From NCBI RefSeq assembly GCF_009914755.1, contig NC_060945.1: DNA of 64,000 nucleotides. The stretch is one strand, 5' to 3'. Both the position numbers and the translations under genes were made by a program. The notes under the pieces were generated by a model. It saw only the letters and a program-made list of their open reading frames with translations, did not search any database and was not told where the DNA came from. Shown here piece by piece: positions 13,466-29,727 of this stretch (within the stretch, counting starts at the first letter, position 1; the number at the start of each line of letters is the position of its first letter). The DNA comes from the human T2T-CHM13v2.0 reference genome, Homo sapiens.

Positions 13466-15814
13466 CTAAAAAAAATAGGGCTTAATTCATTAACTCCAAT
13501 TTGTAATCATCTGAAATCTTCAGGCTGCTTTCACCAGAATTCCCATCAAAACTAGATCTTCACATTGACTTTGTGTTGGTTTCTAACAGACCTTTCAACC
13601 TATTTAGCAAGTCTAGAAGTGATTTTCTGCTATTTGATGTAGCTCCAGCTATTCCAATCAGCTTGTAAATTTCATGAACTCATTTGGTATGCTTTCCTCC
13701 AAGTCAATGTTTTCTAAAAATTAAAATAGGACCTATTTGAAAGATGACCTTAACTGATATTCCTTGGGTATTTATAACCAGTCAGCTAAAATCCACTTAG
13801 CAATACTGTCATCCTGCCCATATTTTTCTAATTCATTCATAATGCAATCATATACAATACCTTTCTGAAATATTTGGTATATAGTTTTCACTAGACATAA
13901 CATACTTTACAAATGGTAGTCTGTTATAAATTGTTAGTGAATCTGTTCTGGCTCTTAGTGACTAGCAATTTCTAAAATTAATAAAAACTGGCAGACAAAA
14001 GTAAACTGGCCCAGAGTCTACAATTTCTAAAGTATGCTTTTTCCTACTTTTTGAAATAAAGTTGCCGAGGCAATAAGAATTAGAAGACTATATACTAATC
14101 TAAGCCATCTTTTTAAAACTTAAATCTCTCAAGCAATATTTCTTTCTGAATCTTTCTCAATGGGATATTTATCCCTTTCTTTTCGAAACCTAAACTTTAA
14201 AAAATGTATTTTCCTAAATTTACTTTGTAACGGATTACACTGATTATTTCCAGTATTCCTTCCTTTGGTAGTATGACCTCCAAGATGACAAAGCAATTTT
14301 CCCTTAAGCTCCTATTACTATGTGAAGTTGAATTTAAAGAAAAAATAGAAATGTTTCCTAAAAGAAATACATATATACTCACAATGACAGGCTAGTATTC
14401 AAATCTCCTTCCTGTTAGATGCAAATATCAAAGCATTTAGTTCTACAGTCTTTCCTCCTCTTTCATACTCAACTTAATATATCAAAGACACTGTCTTAAA
14501 CCAAATAGTTAAATCCAACACAACTTTTATGTTTATTAGCAACACATAGACACTGTATAACAAAGCACACGCTAAATTTCTTAACAAAAGATAATTTTAA
14601 ACAAGTTTTAAAATCATCTTTCCTGTAAAGATGCTTTATCCATCTAATTTAAACCTGAAGACAACTCCATAAAACACTACTGCTAGAACAACTAGGTAAG
14701 GGATCATGTACAGTCCTTTTCTTAACCTGGTATTTCATCTTATGCCTTCAATATATAATTTACTAAATGTGTGTCTGGGTTAATACTTTTTTAATATCAG
14801 GTAATATAATGGGGCGAGGAAAGAAAGCCAATCACATGTTAAACAAGTACCACTATGTCACTTTACCTGAAAGCAGAATACTGTGTATGAGTTAATCAAT
14901 GGTACATACACACAGTAAGAGGTACAATGAAACTGAAAAATGTACAGAAGCAATTCATTTAACAAACAAAATCCCAATATCTAATTAACAAACACAGGAA
15001 AAAGTGTTCAACCATACCAATCAATAATCAAAGTACAAATTAATACAAGGAGATAAAATTCTTACATTATCCAACGGACATGCATGTGGACTAGCATAAA
15101 GCAAAAAGAGTACTGGGCTGGTGAGATCTAATGGACGAGTTTTAATTCCGAAGAGAAATTTAAAACTATAAAACAAGAACTAAAAAATGTCCATACCTTT
15201 TGAACCAGTAATTCTACTTCTAGAAATTTATCTAAGGCAATTATTAGATATTCTCAAATTTTCCACAATAATTATTGAGAAAATGACAGAGAATTTCATG
15301 CTATTAAAAAGATCTGGTAACTACATAAAAAATTCCAAACACAAGTGGAGGAGAAAAAAAGACAAAGGAAATACTCTAAAATGCTAATGGTGTTTGATGG
15401 GATTGTTTTATCTACTAATTCAAATTTATCTAACTTGCATTAATTTTTAAATGAAAACAATTAAATTCATGGATTTAAAAATGAACTTTAATTTGTATCT
15501 GTCTGAGATACATCTTTGTTCAACTTTTGATTATAAATATAACTAAGTGATAAAGAAATATGGTTATACAGAATCACCATTATCACATAACTTGTCCACA
15601 GAGTAAATCTTGTCTTTGAAGCTCAGTTACTATGTTTAAATCAGTAACTTGCAAATCTTTAATAAAGCCTTTCAAAATTAGTAAATTTTTAAATTAAAAA
15701 ATTAAATTAAAAACACCCCTCCCCCCACAAATCCTTACAATAACTGAAGCCCTGTGGATAAAATGAACAACATACACTGTGCAAAAAAAAAAAAATTTTT
15801 GGGAAACTGCTGCC

Positions 15815-15869
<55 letters not shown>

Positions 15870-15886
15870 TATATACACATATATAC

Positions 15887-15941
<55 letters not shown>
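15815..15941. repeat. Compound (TA)n/(CA)n microsatellite
   Basis: Read directly. Confidence 0.97.
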
Positions 15942-16233
<292 letters not shown>

Positions 16234-16452
16234 TATATTTTTTTCAACATCTCTTCATTAAAGAAAGTGTCCCTTTAATTATTGATATACAGCTTACTTC
16301 CATATAAATTCCACTTGCTTGTCACAGACTCAAACCTTTTGAAACCTAAACATTTAACCACTTTTCCACTTGCTTAGAGGAAGGTATGAAAACAAGATAA
16401 ATCTGGCATTGTCAATATGAAATACTCCTAAGGTAGAGAAAATTTACAAAGC

Positions 16453-16585
16453 TTTTTCTTTTTGGTACAGATGGGATTTTGCCATGTTAGCCAGGATGGT
16501 TTCGAACTCCTGGTCTCAAGGGATTTGCCAGTCTCAGCCTCCCAAAGTACTGGGATTACAGGCGTGAGCCACCTCATCCCACCCC
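16453..16585 (-). mobile_element. Alu left-arm monomer
   Basis: Single arm; aaagcttttt flanks. Confidence 0.85.
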
Positions 16586-16996
16586 GAAAAGCTTTTTAAA
16601 ACAAATAGGGGAAAGATGCTCTACCATTTTCCTGCTCCGACTGAGCAGAGTCTTGTTTGAATGTAAACATTACAAAACAGTTCCATCTACTTCTGTACAA
16701 AATTTACTCTTCAGATTTCAAGAGATTCCAAACCAGGTACTTTCATAAGCAACAAAACCGCACATAATATTCAAATTCAAAATTTTCATACTTACTTCTT
16801 CCTAAATTTCTTTACTATACCATATTCTCCTCCACAATCTTGTTGACTTTTCTTCTAGTTCCGGAATTTAAAGAAATGTTTTACCAAATAAACACATGGA
16901 ATTGCTAAATTACATTTAATAATAAATATAACACCATTTTTAGGTTAACTACTTATATTTCTATGTGCAGTAAGAACATTAAGAAAACAGAATATA

Positions 16997-17313
16997 GGTG
17001 GGGCACGGTGGCTCATGCCCGTAATCCCAGCACTTCGGGAGGCCGAGGTAGACAGATCGCCTGAGGTCAGGAGTTTGAGACCAGCCTGATCAACATGGAG
17101 AAACCCCATCTCTACTAAACATACAAAATTAGCCGGGCGTGGTGGCACATGCCTGTAATCCCAGCTACTCAAGAGGCTGAGCCAGGAGAATCACTTGAAC
17201 CCTAGAGGTGGAGATTGCGGTCAGCCAAGATCACGCCATCGCACTCTAGCCTGGGCAACAAGAACGAAACTCTGTCCCAAAAAAAAACAAAAAACAAAAA
17301 ACAAAAAAAACAC
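16997..17313 (+). mobile_element. AluSp-like
   Basis: Dimer; TSD aacagaatata. Confidence 0.95.
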
Positions 17314-17438
17314 AACAGAATATAATACACAATGGTTTAAACTTCATCTGCATTATTTTTCACTCTTTAATTGTACCATCGAGCCCTTATTCTATTACCA
17401 TTTACTCCGGGCAGAACTAATTTTCTAAGTATTAATAG

Positions 17439-17837
<399 letters not shown>

Positions 17838-18959
17838 TAGCCTTCACTCAAACTTTCCACTTTTAGAATCAAGGCTGTATACCTCACCAGGGTTTTTAAC
17901 CCTATTGGTTCCAGCTTATCACATTAGGTCATTTTCCAAATGTACTTCCCAAATCAATCCACAACTTCTTCCTTTTCACTTGCTTGAAAGACAGGCCAGG
18001 AGGTGATTTTAGGAAATGCCAAATGTTTTATCCATGCCAGTGCTCTCCTTTAGCAGTACAGGTGCCATACCTCAGCATCACATTTACTGTGCCTCACTAA
18101 TGAACTTCTGGTCTCCCTCCCCTCACAGTTGGCTATTAAAACATTTTTGTGAATTAAACACTTCTTCCTAGACATCAATACAAGAAATAAAAATTGATTC
18201 CAGGACATAAAATCATTTAATTAGAAAACAATATTAATGCTAGCATTTATAAAATCCTTAATGAGTTAAAATTTTTAATGGAGTATAAACTGGTAAAAAG
18301 AATAGACATCTTTAGTTTTAAATGCTGATTACATTTACTGCATTACTGTGGATGGCTCAAAAACTTAACCAAACCTTGTTATTCTTAAACTGTGACAAGT
18401 CCTTCCAAAAGTACACATTATTTTGATAGTTATCACTTGCTACCATGCTTCAGACGTATAAAAGCTGTTCACTGAGTCTTCTCCCCACATAAATGGTCCA
18501 TTAGATAAGGACTCACTGCTCAAAAACTTCACAGCAGCCATGTGGGGCTGTGGACTAGACTCAGATGGGCTCTTCAAAGGACTGTGTCAAATCTCAGAAC
18601 TGTTACTTTTACACTGTGTGACCTCAGACCATTCGCCAAACTTCTCTAGTTTCCTTACCTTTAAAATGGAAAGAATGCAAAGACATGTACACAACACCTA
18701 ACTCATTAGCCAGCACCTGGTTATTTAATGGGCAAATGCAGGATTCTTTTCTTGTCCTTCCCTTAAACTGTTCCCACTGGATTACTCCTTAAAATAGTAC
18801 GTCAAAACTAAACCTATCCTTTGAACAAACTTAGGATTCGGGATCAACAAAATAATTTACAGAGCCATGCAGAGGCCGCTAGATAGTTTTCATCTTGACA
18901 GAAAATCAGATAAGGCAAGTAAACAACAAAATGGTTATGATATAACCTGACATTTCTGT

Positions 18960-19185
18960 GTATTTTACAACAGCTTTGTGATATAAATCACATACCATAA
19001 AAATCCATCCATTTAAAATGGACAATTCAATGGTTTTTGATATATTCAAGAGTTGTGCACCCATCAACACTTTATAGAGTATTTTCATCACCCCCAAAAC
19101 AAATCCCATCCCCATTACCAGTCACTCTCCATTCCTCCTTTTGCTGTCTGCCAGCCAATAATCTACTTTCTGTCTCTACGGGTTT
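18960..19185 (-). mobile_element. L1MB 3' end fragment
   Basis: cacataccataaaaatccatccatttaaa..caattcaatggtttt..ttttcatcacccc. Confidence 0.75.
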
Positions 19186-19710
19186 GCTTTATAAAATATA
19201 TCCCTATATTTGTTAAAATAGATAGTGGTAAAAGACCTTCATAAAGATTTGGACTTATTTCAACTGATCCCTAAACTTGGCTGCCCTATCTAAAGTGATT
19301 TAACATTCAGCATCTTTTAATCAATGTAAACTAAGTCATGTATGGCCATTAAAGTTTAAAGACTATTATATATTTCTTAAAGGCTTTAAAACGGATATCA
19401 CAGTAATTTTCGGTATTACAGGTTTCCTTTAAGCAGGGTATTATAATTCTACTTTAACTGAAAGTCAAAAGGAGGAAATATAGAGGAACACTCATGACAG
19501 AATGCATTAAGATATACTGGGCATATTGCAGAGGGAGACTTTACAGACTAGTGGATTGGTCAACTATTGCTCTTTAATGCAACTGCATACCTAGAGTGAG
19601 GCAAGAGGAGCAGTCCACCCAGGTGCAGGCAGTAAGTGGGTGAACTATCAAGACTAAATAAAACAGCAAGACTTTGATTTTGTTCTTTTATTAACATCAA
19701 GCAAGAGCAA

Positions 19711-20024
<314 letters not shown>

Positions 20025-20662
20025 TAAAAAACCCAGGGATAAAATATATCGCCCCCAAAATATTTTGGCAATACTCTTTAAGTTTTAAGGGGTTGCTGTG
20101 GTTACTGCTGAGTTTTAACAACATAAAAATGTCAAATCTGCACATTTTTATTACATACCCTTTAATAAGCAATCCATCTTAATTGGAAGTTTATTAGGAA
20201 ATCCCCCAGTTATACAGTCAGTTCCCAACACATGCAGATTTGATATACCTGTTCATTTGGAGAGTAAGTACAAAAAGGTTCAGGATAGCTTCAGCTCTCC
20301 TCAGGCTCAGCATGACTCCAATCCTATTGTACCTATATACATTCCTCTGTTTAAATAGTATATTCAAAATTATAGCTGTGTCCAATTTTTCTGAGATAAA
20401 TTTTTTCTGGCATAAATATTTACAAACAACCAGAATCGGCCTCAAACAAATATAGAGATAAATAAAACTTTAAAAGTGAAGACCTGTGAACAAAAATTAT
20501 AGAGATGCCATCACTAAGCAACAAAGTACAAGGAAGCTGTACTTCCTTGTACGTGAATATCAAAAGTGGTTATCAAATATAATAGACATTTACATTGAAT
20601 TTTTAGGTGATAACCATTTCAGTAAAATTTTGACTGAGGCATTTCAAAGTCATTACACTCAA

Positions 20663-20949
<287 letters not shown>

Positions 20950-21240
20950 GTCATTACACTCAATGCTGAAAAAAATACATGGATAGTATTGTGATTTCTA
21001 GAATTTATTGTGAAGTATGCTTATAAATCGCTGCCAAACACAGTATGATGTTTAAAACTTCCTATTTGTGTATGTGTTGCTGTATGTACAACATTTTGTA
21101 ATTAAAATTAATTAAAAGTGCTCTTAACTGTAGGTGAAAACAGATGAATAAATCTGGTTGTAACTGTCTACCGAACACAAATATGTGAAGATCAATTTTA
21201 ATAGTCATTGACAAACCTGCCTAAGACTTTTAAAGATAGT

Positions 21241-21487
21241 GGCCAGCCTGGCCAACATGGTGAAACGCCGTCCCTACTTAAAATACAAAAATTGGCCGGG
21301 CCCGGTGGCGTGCACCTGTAATCTCAGCTACTAGGCAGGGCTGAGGCAGGAGAATTGCTTGAACCCAGGAAACGGAGGTTGCTATGTGCCAAGATCATGC
21401 CACTGCACTCCAGCCTGGGTGACAGAGCAACACTCCGTCTCAAAAAAAACAAAACAAAACAAACAAAACAAAAAACAAAACAAAAAA
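21241..21487 (+). mobile_element. 5'-truncated Alu
   Basis: Starts at ccagcctggccaacatgg. Confidence 0.9.
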
Positions 21488-21599
21488 TCCTGTAACATTT
21501 GTATTCATTATTGTGACATATCAGTATGCAGATAAGTTTTTCCACTATTTCAAAAAACATATATTAATGCAATTTAAAAGTCTGGTATGATTTATATGA

Positions 21600-21646
21600 T
21601 GTGTGTGTGTGTGTGTGTGTGCGCGCGCGCGCGCGCGCGCACATAC
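21600..21646. repeat. (GT)10(GC)10 alternating purine-pyrimidine tract
   Basis: Read directly. Confidence 0.97.
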
Positions 21647-24041
21647 AGTTCAAGTTTTCTTTCTGGCCATTTCCATTACTCATTTCATGATTATTTCTGA
21701 AAATAATTTTGCTATACAAAAAGGGTGTGTTTTAAAAAAATCTGCTCTGGATGTCAAATATGCCAGCTATACCACTGCTCTCCGGTCTCTTCCAACTGGG
21801 ATTATTGACCCACATGGATTTACACCAAGAATCATCAATTACCCAAACATAAATTATAACTTTCAAGAGGTATTTGGATGGCCATCCACCTTTCACTGAG
21901 CCCTGCTGTTCTCCTCTACCCCCTAGTAAAAACCCGGGCTTCTAATTCTTAACTCCACTGCTGAGTTACACTGGTTTTCTTCCTGAATTTACTACTAATC
22001 TGGTACAGTGCACTTTACTGGAATATAGGGTTTCTGTATACTTACTTATCTATGTCTTAAAAAGCACCAATAAAAAGCTCAAACTACTCAGCAATGAAAT
22101 GTAATCAATAAACGATGCAAATATTGAACAGAATGAAGGTGATCAGGGTATAATAAATTATAATATTGTTTGTAAAATCTCTTGTAGTTCTCAAAATCAC
22201 AGCAGCACAGTATTAATTACACTTAATATTAACACAGAAATGTAGACATGTCTCTCCTAAGCTCTCAACAGATCCTGGTAAGGCCTCTTCTAACGCAAAT
22301 TTAACTATTACCCACCTCTATATTTTCTGTGGTTTGACAGAAACATAATACTAATTAATATACCAATGTTACCAAAATTTTGAACTGTTAATAGGTAAGC
22401 TGCTTATTCTGCTATATACCTGACAACACAGTGTAGTTTTCAGCTTATCATGAAAGTTGTATGCTGTTGCTCTGAAGTGTGCTAAAAAAGGATTTGGCAT
22501 ATTGTCTCAACAAATGTTATGAATAACACTAAAGGTTCATTACTGATGTAACATTTTTTCCCTACTATGTTATCAAGGTGTATTTCAAATGAGATTTGAG
22601 TGTGCGCAGATATGTACAAAAAAGTTACTTCCAATTCTGAAGTAAATTATATTTGTTCGTGCCCCATGACACAGAACAACCTACAATTTTTACAGTGGCT
22701 TCGTATGTGGTAAAGAAAACAAACAAAAAAAAACTACCAATTGTGTCATCTCTCTAGTAGGTACAGTTTTAACCTGAATTCTGTTTCACAAGGTTTAGAA
22801 ACCAACTTTTCCATTATTCTAATTGCTCTCTGAATCAATTCCTCATGTGTTCATGTAATTTTTTCTGAAACAGAATACTAGACAAAATGATAGACTAGGG
22901 AGGGAAATACTTACAACAAGAACATCAGTGATAAACCCCGCTACAGAAAGCTCTGAAGAATCACTTTATCGCAATCACTATAAAGCCAGACCAATACCCT
23001 TGTCAGAAACTAAGAATTCCCTGGGTCAAGAAAGTAGAGAAAGAAAACACTGTATAACCAACTTTCAACATTCAAAAACTCCTGGGATAACAGCACAACA
23101 TGGTCAACTTTTGCAAGGGAAATCTCCAATTTTACTGCCAATAATCGACCTGGTCCTCTACATCTTTTCCATACAGTAAAGAACTTTGAACCCTCTGTCT
23201 ACATGTCTTTAGATAAACGTCTCAGAAATGATCAAACCCCAAACATTAACACTACAGGTTAAAAAAAAAATACTTAATAAGGCATCCCCATCAGATGAAC
23301 TAAATTCTAGAAGACAATCATCCCTAGTAATCAACAATAGTCATACAGAACAATTTACAGTAAGAGAAGGGAGTACCAAGCTCCCACTAAGATGTAAAAC
23401 TCAACTCTTCCTTCAGAATAACATGATTGACAGCCCAACTGGATAAGTGTACCAATGTCAATTCGTACATTAAGTATTCATAAAGCCTAATTTATGTCCA
23501 ATTTTAAAGATAACCATGAATATACAAGTACTCGCATTTTTTTTCTGTACTGCAAAGTAGCATTATATGCATACCACCTCAGCACTGCAGTTCTCAAAGA
23601 GTAATCCAAGGACCTCTGAGAGGTCTTTGAGTCCCTTTCCGTGGTTTGAGGTCAGAACTGTTTTCATATGAATACTAAGATAGTTCTTGCCTTTTTGTTC
23701 GTTTTCTCAGAAGTATGTAGCAGTATATTCCAGAGGCTACCTGATGTGTGTTACTGCAACAGACTGAATGAAAAAGTGGAATGAGGATCCAGGTTTTATT
23801 AAACCAAAGTTTAAATGACGTGCAAAAATGCAAAATGATGTCACTCTTTATTAATTTTTTTGTTTTAGAAACGTTACTTTTCATTAAAAATGTTATTTAT
23901 ATTAACATATTGTAATAAGTTTATTGTTATTTTTAGTAAATTAATAAACACTTGCATTTCTCAGTTTAAATTTCTAATATGGTAAATATCAATAAATATA
24001 ATAACCAATAGATAGATACAAAAGCTCTCTGTGGCCCTTAA

Positions 24042-24337
<296 letters not shown>

Positions 24338-24371
24338 GTGGCCCTTAACCTTTAAGAATTTAAAAGGATCT

Positions 24372-24670
24372 AGCCAGGCATGGTGGCTCATGCCTGCAAT
24401 CCCAGTACTTTCAGGGGGCTAAGGTGGGCTAATCACTTGAGCTCAGAGGCTTGAGACCAGCATGGGCAACAGAGCCAAACCCCGTGTCTACCGAAAAAAA
24501 TTGAAAAATTAGCCAGGCATGGTGGCAGAGGTTTGTGGTCCCAGCTACTTGGGAGGCTGAGACAGGAGGATGGCTTGAGCCCAGGAGGCGGAGGTTGCAA
24601 TGGGTGGAGTTTGTGCCACTGCCCTCTAGTCTGGGCCACAGAGCCAGACCCTGTCTCAAAAAACAAATAA
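24372..24670 (+). mobile_element. AluJ
   Basis: Diverged dimer. Confidence 0.9.
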
Positions 24671-25024
24671 ATGGGTCTAAAACCAAAAAGTTTGAGAACA
24701 GCTGTCCTACAGAAATTCCTACACATGCGCACCAGGAGACATGTTTGAAAAGTTCATTGCAGCCTGTCAGCAAAATATTAACTAATCTTAATAGACAGTA
24801 TTAATATTTGAGCAAACAAAAAAAGCAGGTCAAAGCTGCAGTAAGCCGTGCTGGTGCCACTACACTCCAGTATCAGAGAATATTATATATTGTTTATGGA
24901 CCACAGAGATTAATACTAAATTATTTGATTGCCTCTCCTGCAAGTGGGAGGAGGGTTGGGGTTGGAGTGAGGATGAAAGGAAGACTTTATATTTTATTTG
25001 TAAATTAAAAACACAAAATAGTAA

Positions 25025-25370
<346 letters not shown>

Positions 25371-25505
25371 TATTTTTGTACTTCAAATGTCTTAAAACTG
25401 CAGATGATGCAAAAAAAGTGGGAGGGGCAAGATACAATTCTTCAGGATTTAGGCAAGATGGGTTAAAGACTAAAAATACAATCAATGGGTTAAAAAACAC
25501 AATCT

Positions 25506-25812
<307 letters not shown>

Positions 25813-28800
25813 CTATTCCACAAACTTTAGCAAATTCTTCACATTCAGAAGTATATAAACTATACAACAGACACCATTAAGTATTAGCCATAATTGATAA
25901 CTGATACTTTTTCACTACCCTTTTCATCTTTCACAACACTTAATACATGTCTTGCCATAAAAATTCTCCAAATATTCTGTTAAATGGGTATCTTTAATAA
26001 CCTCTCTTATCTTCCTTTCCTTCTGTATCAGAGATGGACGTCTTTTACTACTGCTTCTGATTTGTCCCATTTCTCTTATCCATAATTTTGCTTCAAGTTA
26101 GCCATCCCCTCTTGCTGGTAAACTATGCTATTCTACACCCCCTTCCTTGAAAATGCTAAAGCCTCTACTCCCATCTAAAAGACTAGGGATTCAACACTAC
26201 TAACTAAAGCTAAAGACTTATATATATACATATAATACAAACAAACGTACTGCCTATCACCAGTGCCTAGTACATTGTTAACTGCCCTTCCTTCCCTCAT
26301 CCTTAAGCAACATTTCCCTCTAATCCCTCAAAACCAAACCTCTAAAGACTACTTTACACTAGCTACCTCTTATTTCCTTATCTCCCATCACCATTCAACC
26401 CTAAACCTCAAATCCTGTTATCCTCAAACATTTCAGTGGCCAAGTCCCCTCATACTATACAAAATATTATCTTTGGACACAATTAAATTGGAGAGATCCC
26501 AATTCAAATCCTAGTTCTGCCATTAACTAGCAATATGCCCTTAGGGGAGTTACTATTTATTATAATTTCTTGGAAAATCAGTTTCCTCATCTGTAATTGG
26601 ACGTCTATGCAGGGTTGTGGGAATACATATTAAATTAGATATGTGTACATATCTAATGCCTGACATGCCATTGGTCTTATATTAATTCCTTTTTCTCCCC
26701 CTTTCAATTTTCCCCCATCTTTCCCATCTGAACTCCTGGATGTCTCCCTCTATCTCTTAGTTGCTTCCAAGTTTAAGTCCTATAAGCCCAACTACTTGCC
26801 AAAAATTTCCACATGATTGTTCCACAATTAACCTGTTCAAAAATCAAACACATTTTCTTCTCTACTAAGTAGGCTTTTGATGACTTGTGATAAGGGTATC
26901 ACCACTCTCTCAGCCCTTAGGATGTGGGGACAAAAGGTGCTTATAAACCTATCAGATGCCAAGGTCCATGGATTCCTTTGGCCCACATCCTTTTCCTATT
27001 CTCCATTCCCACTATACACTTGCCAAGTTCAGGTTTTACTTATCTTTCCTACCAAGTCTCTGCCTCCTACAACACATAACACTACGAACGAAACAGTTTT
27101 GATTACATTATCCCACTGCTTAAAACCTTCAATGTTTACCCACAGCCTAAAACTGAAATTCAAACACATTAGGCAAACATGAAACTTGTCAGGCCCAAAC
27201 TACTTTACCATCCTTACTTTCCAGTAGCCTTCAGAATCAAAATACTCACTTTTCAGCACTACTGCCCTTCGATCACTGCTTCCTACATCTTCTGAAATCC
27301 TAAAACTGATACCTGCTCCTCTTCCCAAGCCTTCACTTATCTCCAATGGCTATGCCACACTGCAATGGAAGGATCCCAAAGGAAGCTGTTCTACCTCCTA
27401 TTAAAATTATTTGTCTAAGTCTTATGTCCTCTATTGGATTAGACTTTTAGGTGACTGAAATCCTTGGTAGCTCTACAGTATTCAGGACATGGCTGTGCAG
27501 GTGAGCAGGCACTCAAAAGTTTAAGTGAAGATCAGATCTCAGAGATTCAAGATTATATGGGGAACGAATCAAGAACATTTCATGAATGGGGAGAAATAGT
27601 TGAGAAGCACTACAAATCAAGTAGGCACAGTAAGATGAATTTTAAACTCAGATTAATTTCTCTAGAGGAGTTTTAATCTAGCAGAAGAGAGCTGGCATTC
27701 TTTGCAGTTCATAAAGACTAGGAATAGAACTGAAATGAACTGGAAAATGAACAATGATAAGAAAATGCTCATTTTGCACATTTAAAAGGTCAAATATCAC
27801 TTCCCTTTTTCAAGGAATCAATACCATTCCTAACTTTGGTTTTTCAAAGTAAAAATTACTGATTGTGCCTTTTCAGGATTAATAGAAAATACTTTGCTTA
27901 ACAATGTGCTTGATGTCAACTTCCATAATGCCTGAATCAGAATACTTCTGATCTTAAGAATAAACTAAAAATCCTCTTCTTTCATCAAAAACATTCATTC
28001 TTCCGATTCTGAAATAAATTTTTAAAATACACATTCATTGTTGGGAGAAAAATGTACTTGAAATATTTTAACTATTGTTGTGCCATTTGTTTAAATTCTC
28101 ATTCAACAATTATTTGCGAGGCACCTGTTTTGATTGGTAGAGAAGCGGGGAAAAGAACTGAAACTTCCTGCCCTCATGGAGCCAGGAGCCAACATGCCAG
28201 TGAATTCTACCTTCAGAAAACAATCAGCTTCCAACCCTGAAATGTTTGGAGCATTATCACAAATTCTCTGGCGATCAAAAACTAGGACATATTATTTTTA
28301 TTGTTTTGAAAATCATCACAACTGAACTTTTACAAGACACTGTCCAATACCAGTTGCAACTTCTGCAGTTAGGGCATTTTATGTACCCATCAATTGAAGA
28401 AAATCACTTTTAGGATAATTTATATGGCAATAAATTGTCTCAACTGCAGTGTAATTGGAAAGTCCCATATATTATGGCACTGCAAATCTAAAGGAAAGTT
28501 ATTGCACCATAATTGTTACAAGTAAACCTACAAAATCTGTGAGATGCAGCACGTTTTTAACGCCACATCCACACATCTCGAACTACAACATTTGATTTTT
28601 CAATGTTGCTTTATCTTTGGTATTTGGAAAGGGAAGACAATACAACTCAACCCATGACAATAGTTCCCATTCTGTAACTGCATTTTAAATCATCAATGGT
28701 CAAGTCTCCTCCTCCCAAATCGATTCTGACAAATAGGATGTATGGACTCTACACTCCAAAAGCAACACCTGGAATGATCAGAGAAACAACTAGAGAACTT

Positions 28801-29654
28801 TAAGGCCGCAGGCAGCTTTGTTCCCAGTTTGGAGAGGTTTTCACATGTAAATGTCCTCGTAGAAGGGAGCCGAGGATTAACTACCTCGGGAGGGGGTGCG
28901 AGGGTAGGGAACTGGAGGACAACGCCAGCTTTCTAGCGGACTAAGGCGGAGCGAATACTCTTCTCTCCCATTCAACTTTTTAGGCGTCACGTTGGGGCCA
29001 TAGAGCCTATAAGAGGGTTATGTTCACGACTTTAAATTATAACGAGCCACCCCCTCTCCGTTTATTAGCCCTATTTCCCAAGTGCGTGAATCCCGGAGAA
29101 GGGGGATGAACACCCTCTTCAACTCCTCCCAGACCCGGGATCAGAGTCCAGCCGTCGACGCGCCGCGGCCTGAGCAACAGGAGAGCTGAAGCCACCTCTC
29201 CGCCAGCCCCACGACCGGCAGATGCTCCCGCTCCCCCGCCCCCAACCCCACACGCCCGCCCGCGCTTCTTTCTTAGCCCTTTGCGGGCTCCCGGCACTGC
29301 GAACCCGACAACGGGGCTCGCGGAGCAGAGAGCGAGGGCGCCCAGACCCGAAAAAGGGCCAAGTTAGAGGAACAGGCACAGACTTGGGCTATGGGAGGCC
29401 GCAAGGGGGCGAGGGGAGAAGCCCGAGGTCGCGGTCCGGGGGTGGGCAGTGGGGGGAGGGGTGCGGGGTCAGTTCCCGTGGTCGCCGCGACCTCTCCCGG
29501 GCCACAGGCCCCGCTCCGCGCAGGCCCCGCCGCCCCGGAACCGGGGCAGGAAGCGTCCCCACCCGGACCAAAGCTTTAAACCTCCGGCGGCGGGAGAAAC
29601 GAGCCCCGGCTCCCGCAGCAGGCCCGGCACCCCCCTGCCCCAAACACCCCTTAC

Positions 29655-29684
29655 CTCCTGGTTGAAGGCGTTGACGGCGTCCAT
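29655..29684 (-). CDS. SCAF4: SCAF4 coding part of exon 1 (MDAVNAFNQE)
   Basis: Strong Kozak GCGAACATGG, donor GAG|gtaagg, inside CpG island; matches SCAF4 N-terminus. Confidence 0.97.
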
Positions 29685-29721
29685 GTTCGCGCTGCGGCGG
29701 CGGCTGCTCCGGGCCCGCCGG

Positions 29722-29727
29722 TCACAT
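29722..29727 (-). other. Start-stop uORF (ATG TGA) in SCAF4 leader
   Basis: Plus strand tcacat = ATGTGA on minus, 37 nt upstream of the main ATG. Confidence 0.65.

Noticed and set aside
16788-16810. 6-nt GAAGAA microexon with GTAAGTAT donor
   Set aside because: The upstream AG lacks a pyrimidine tract
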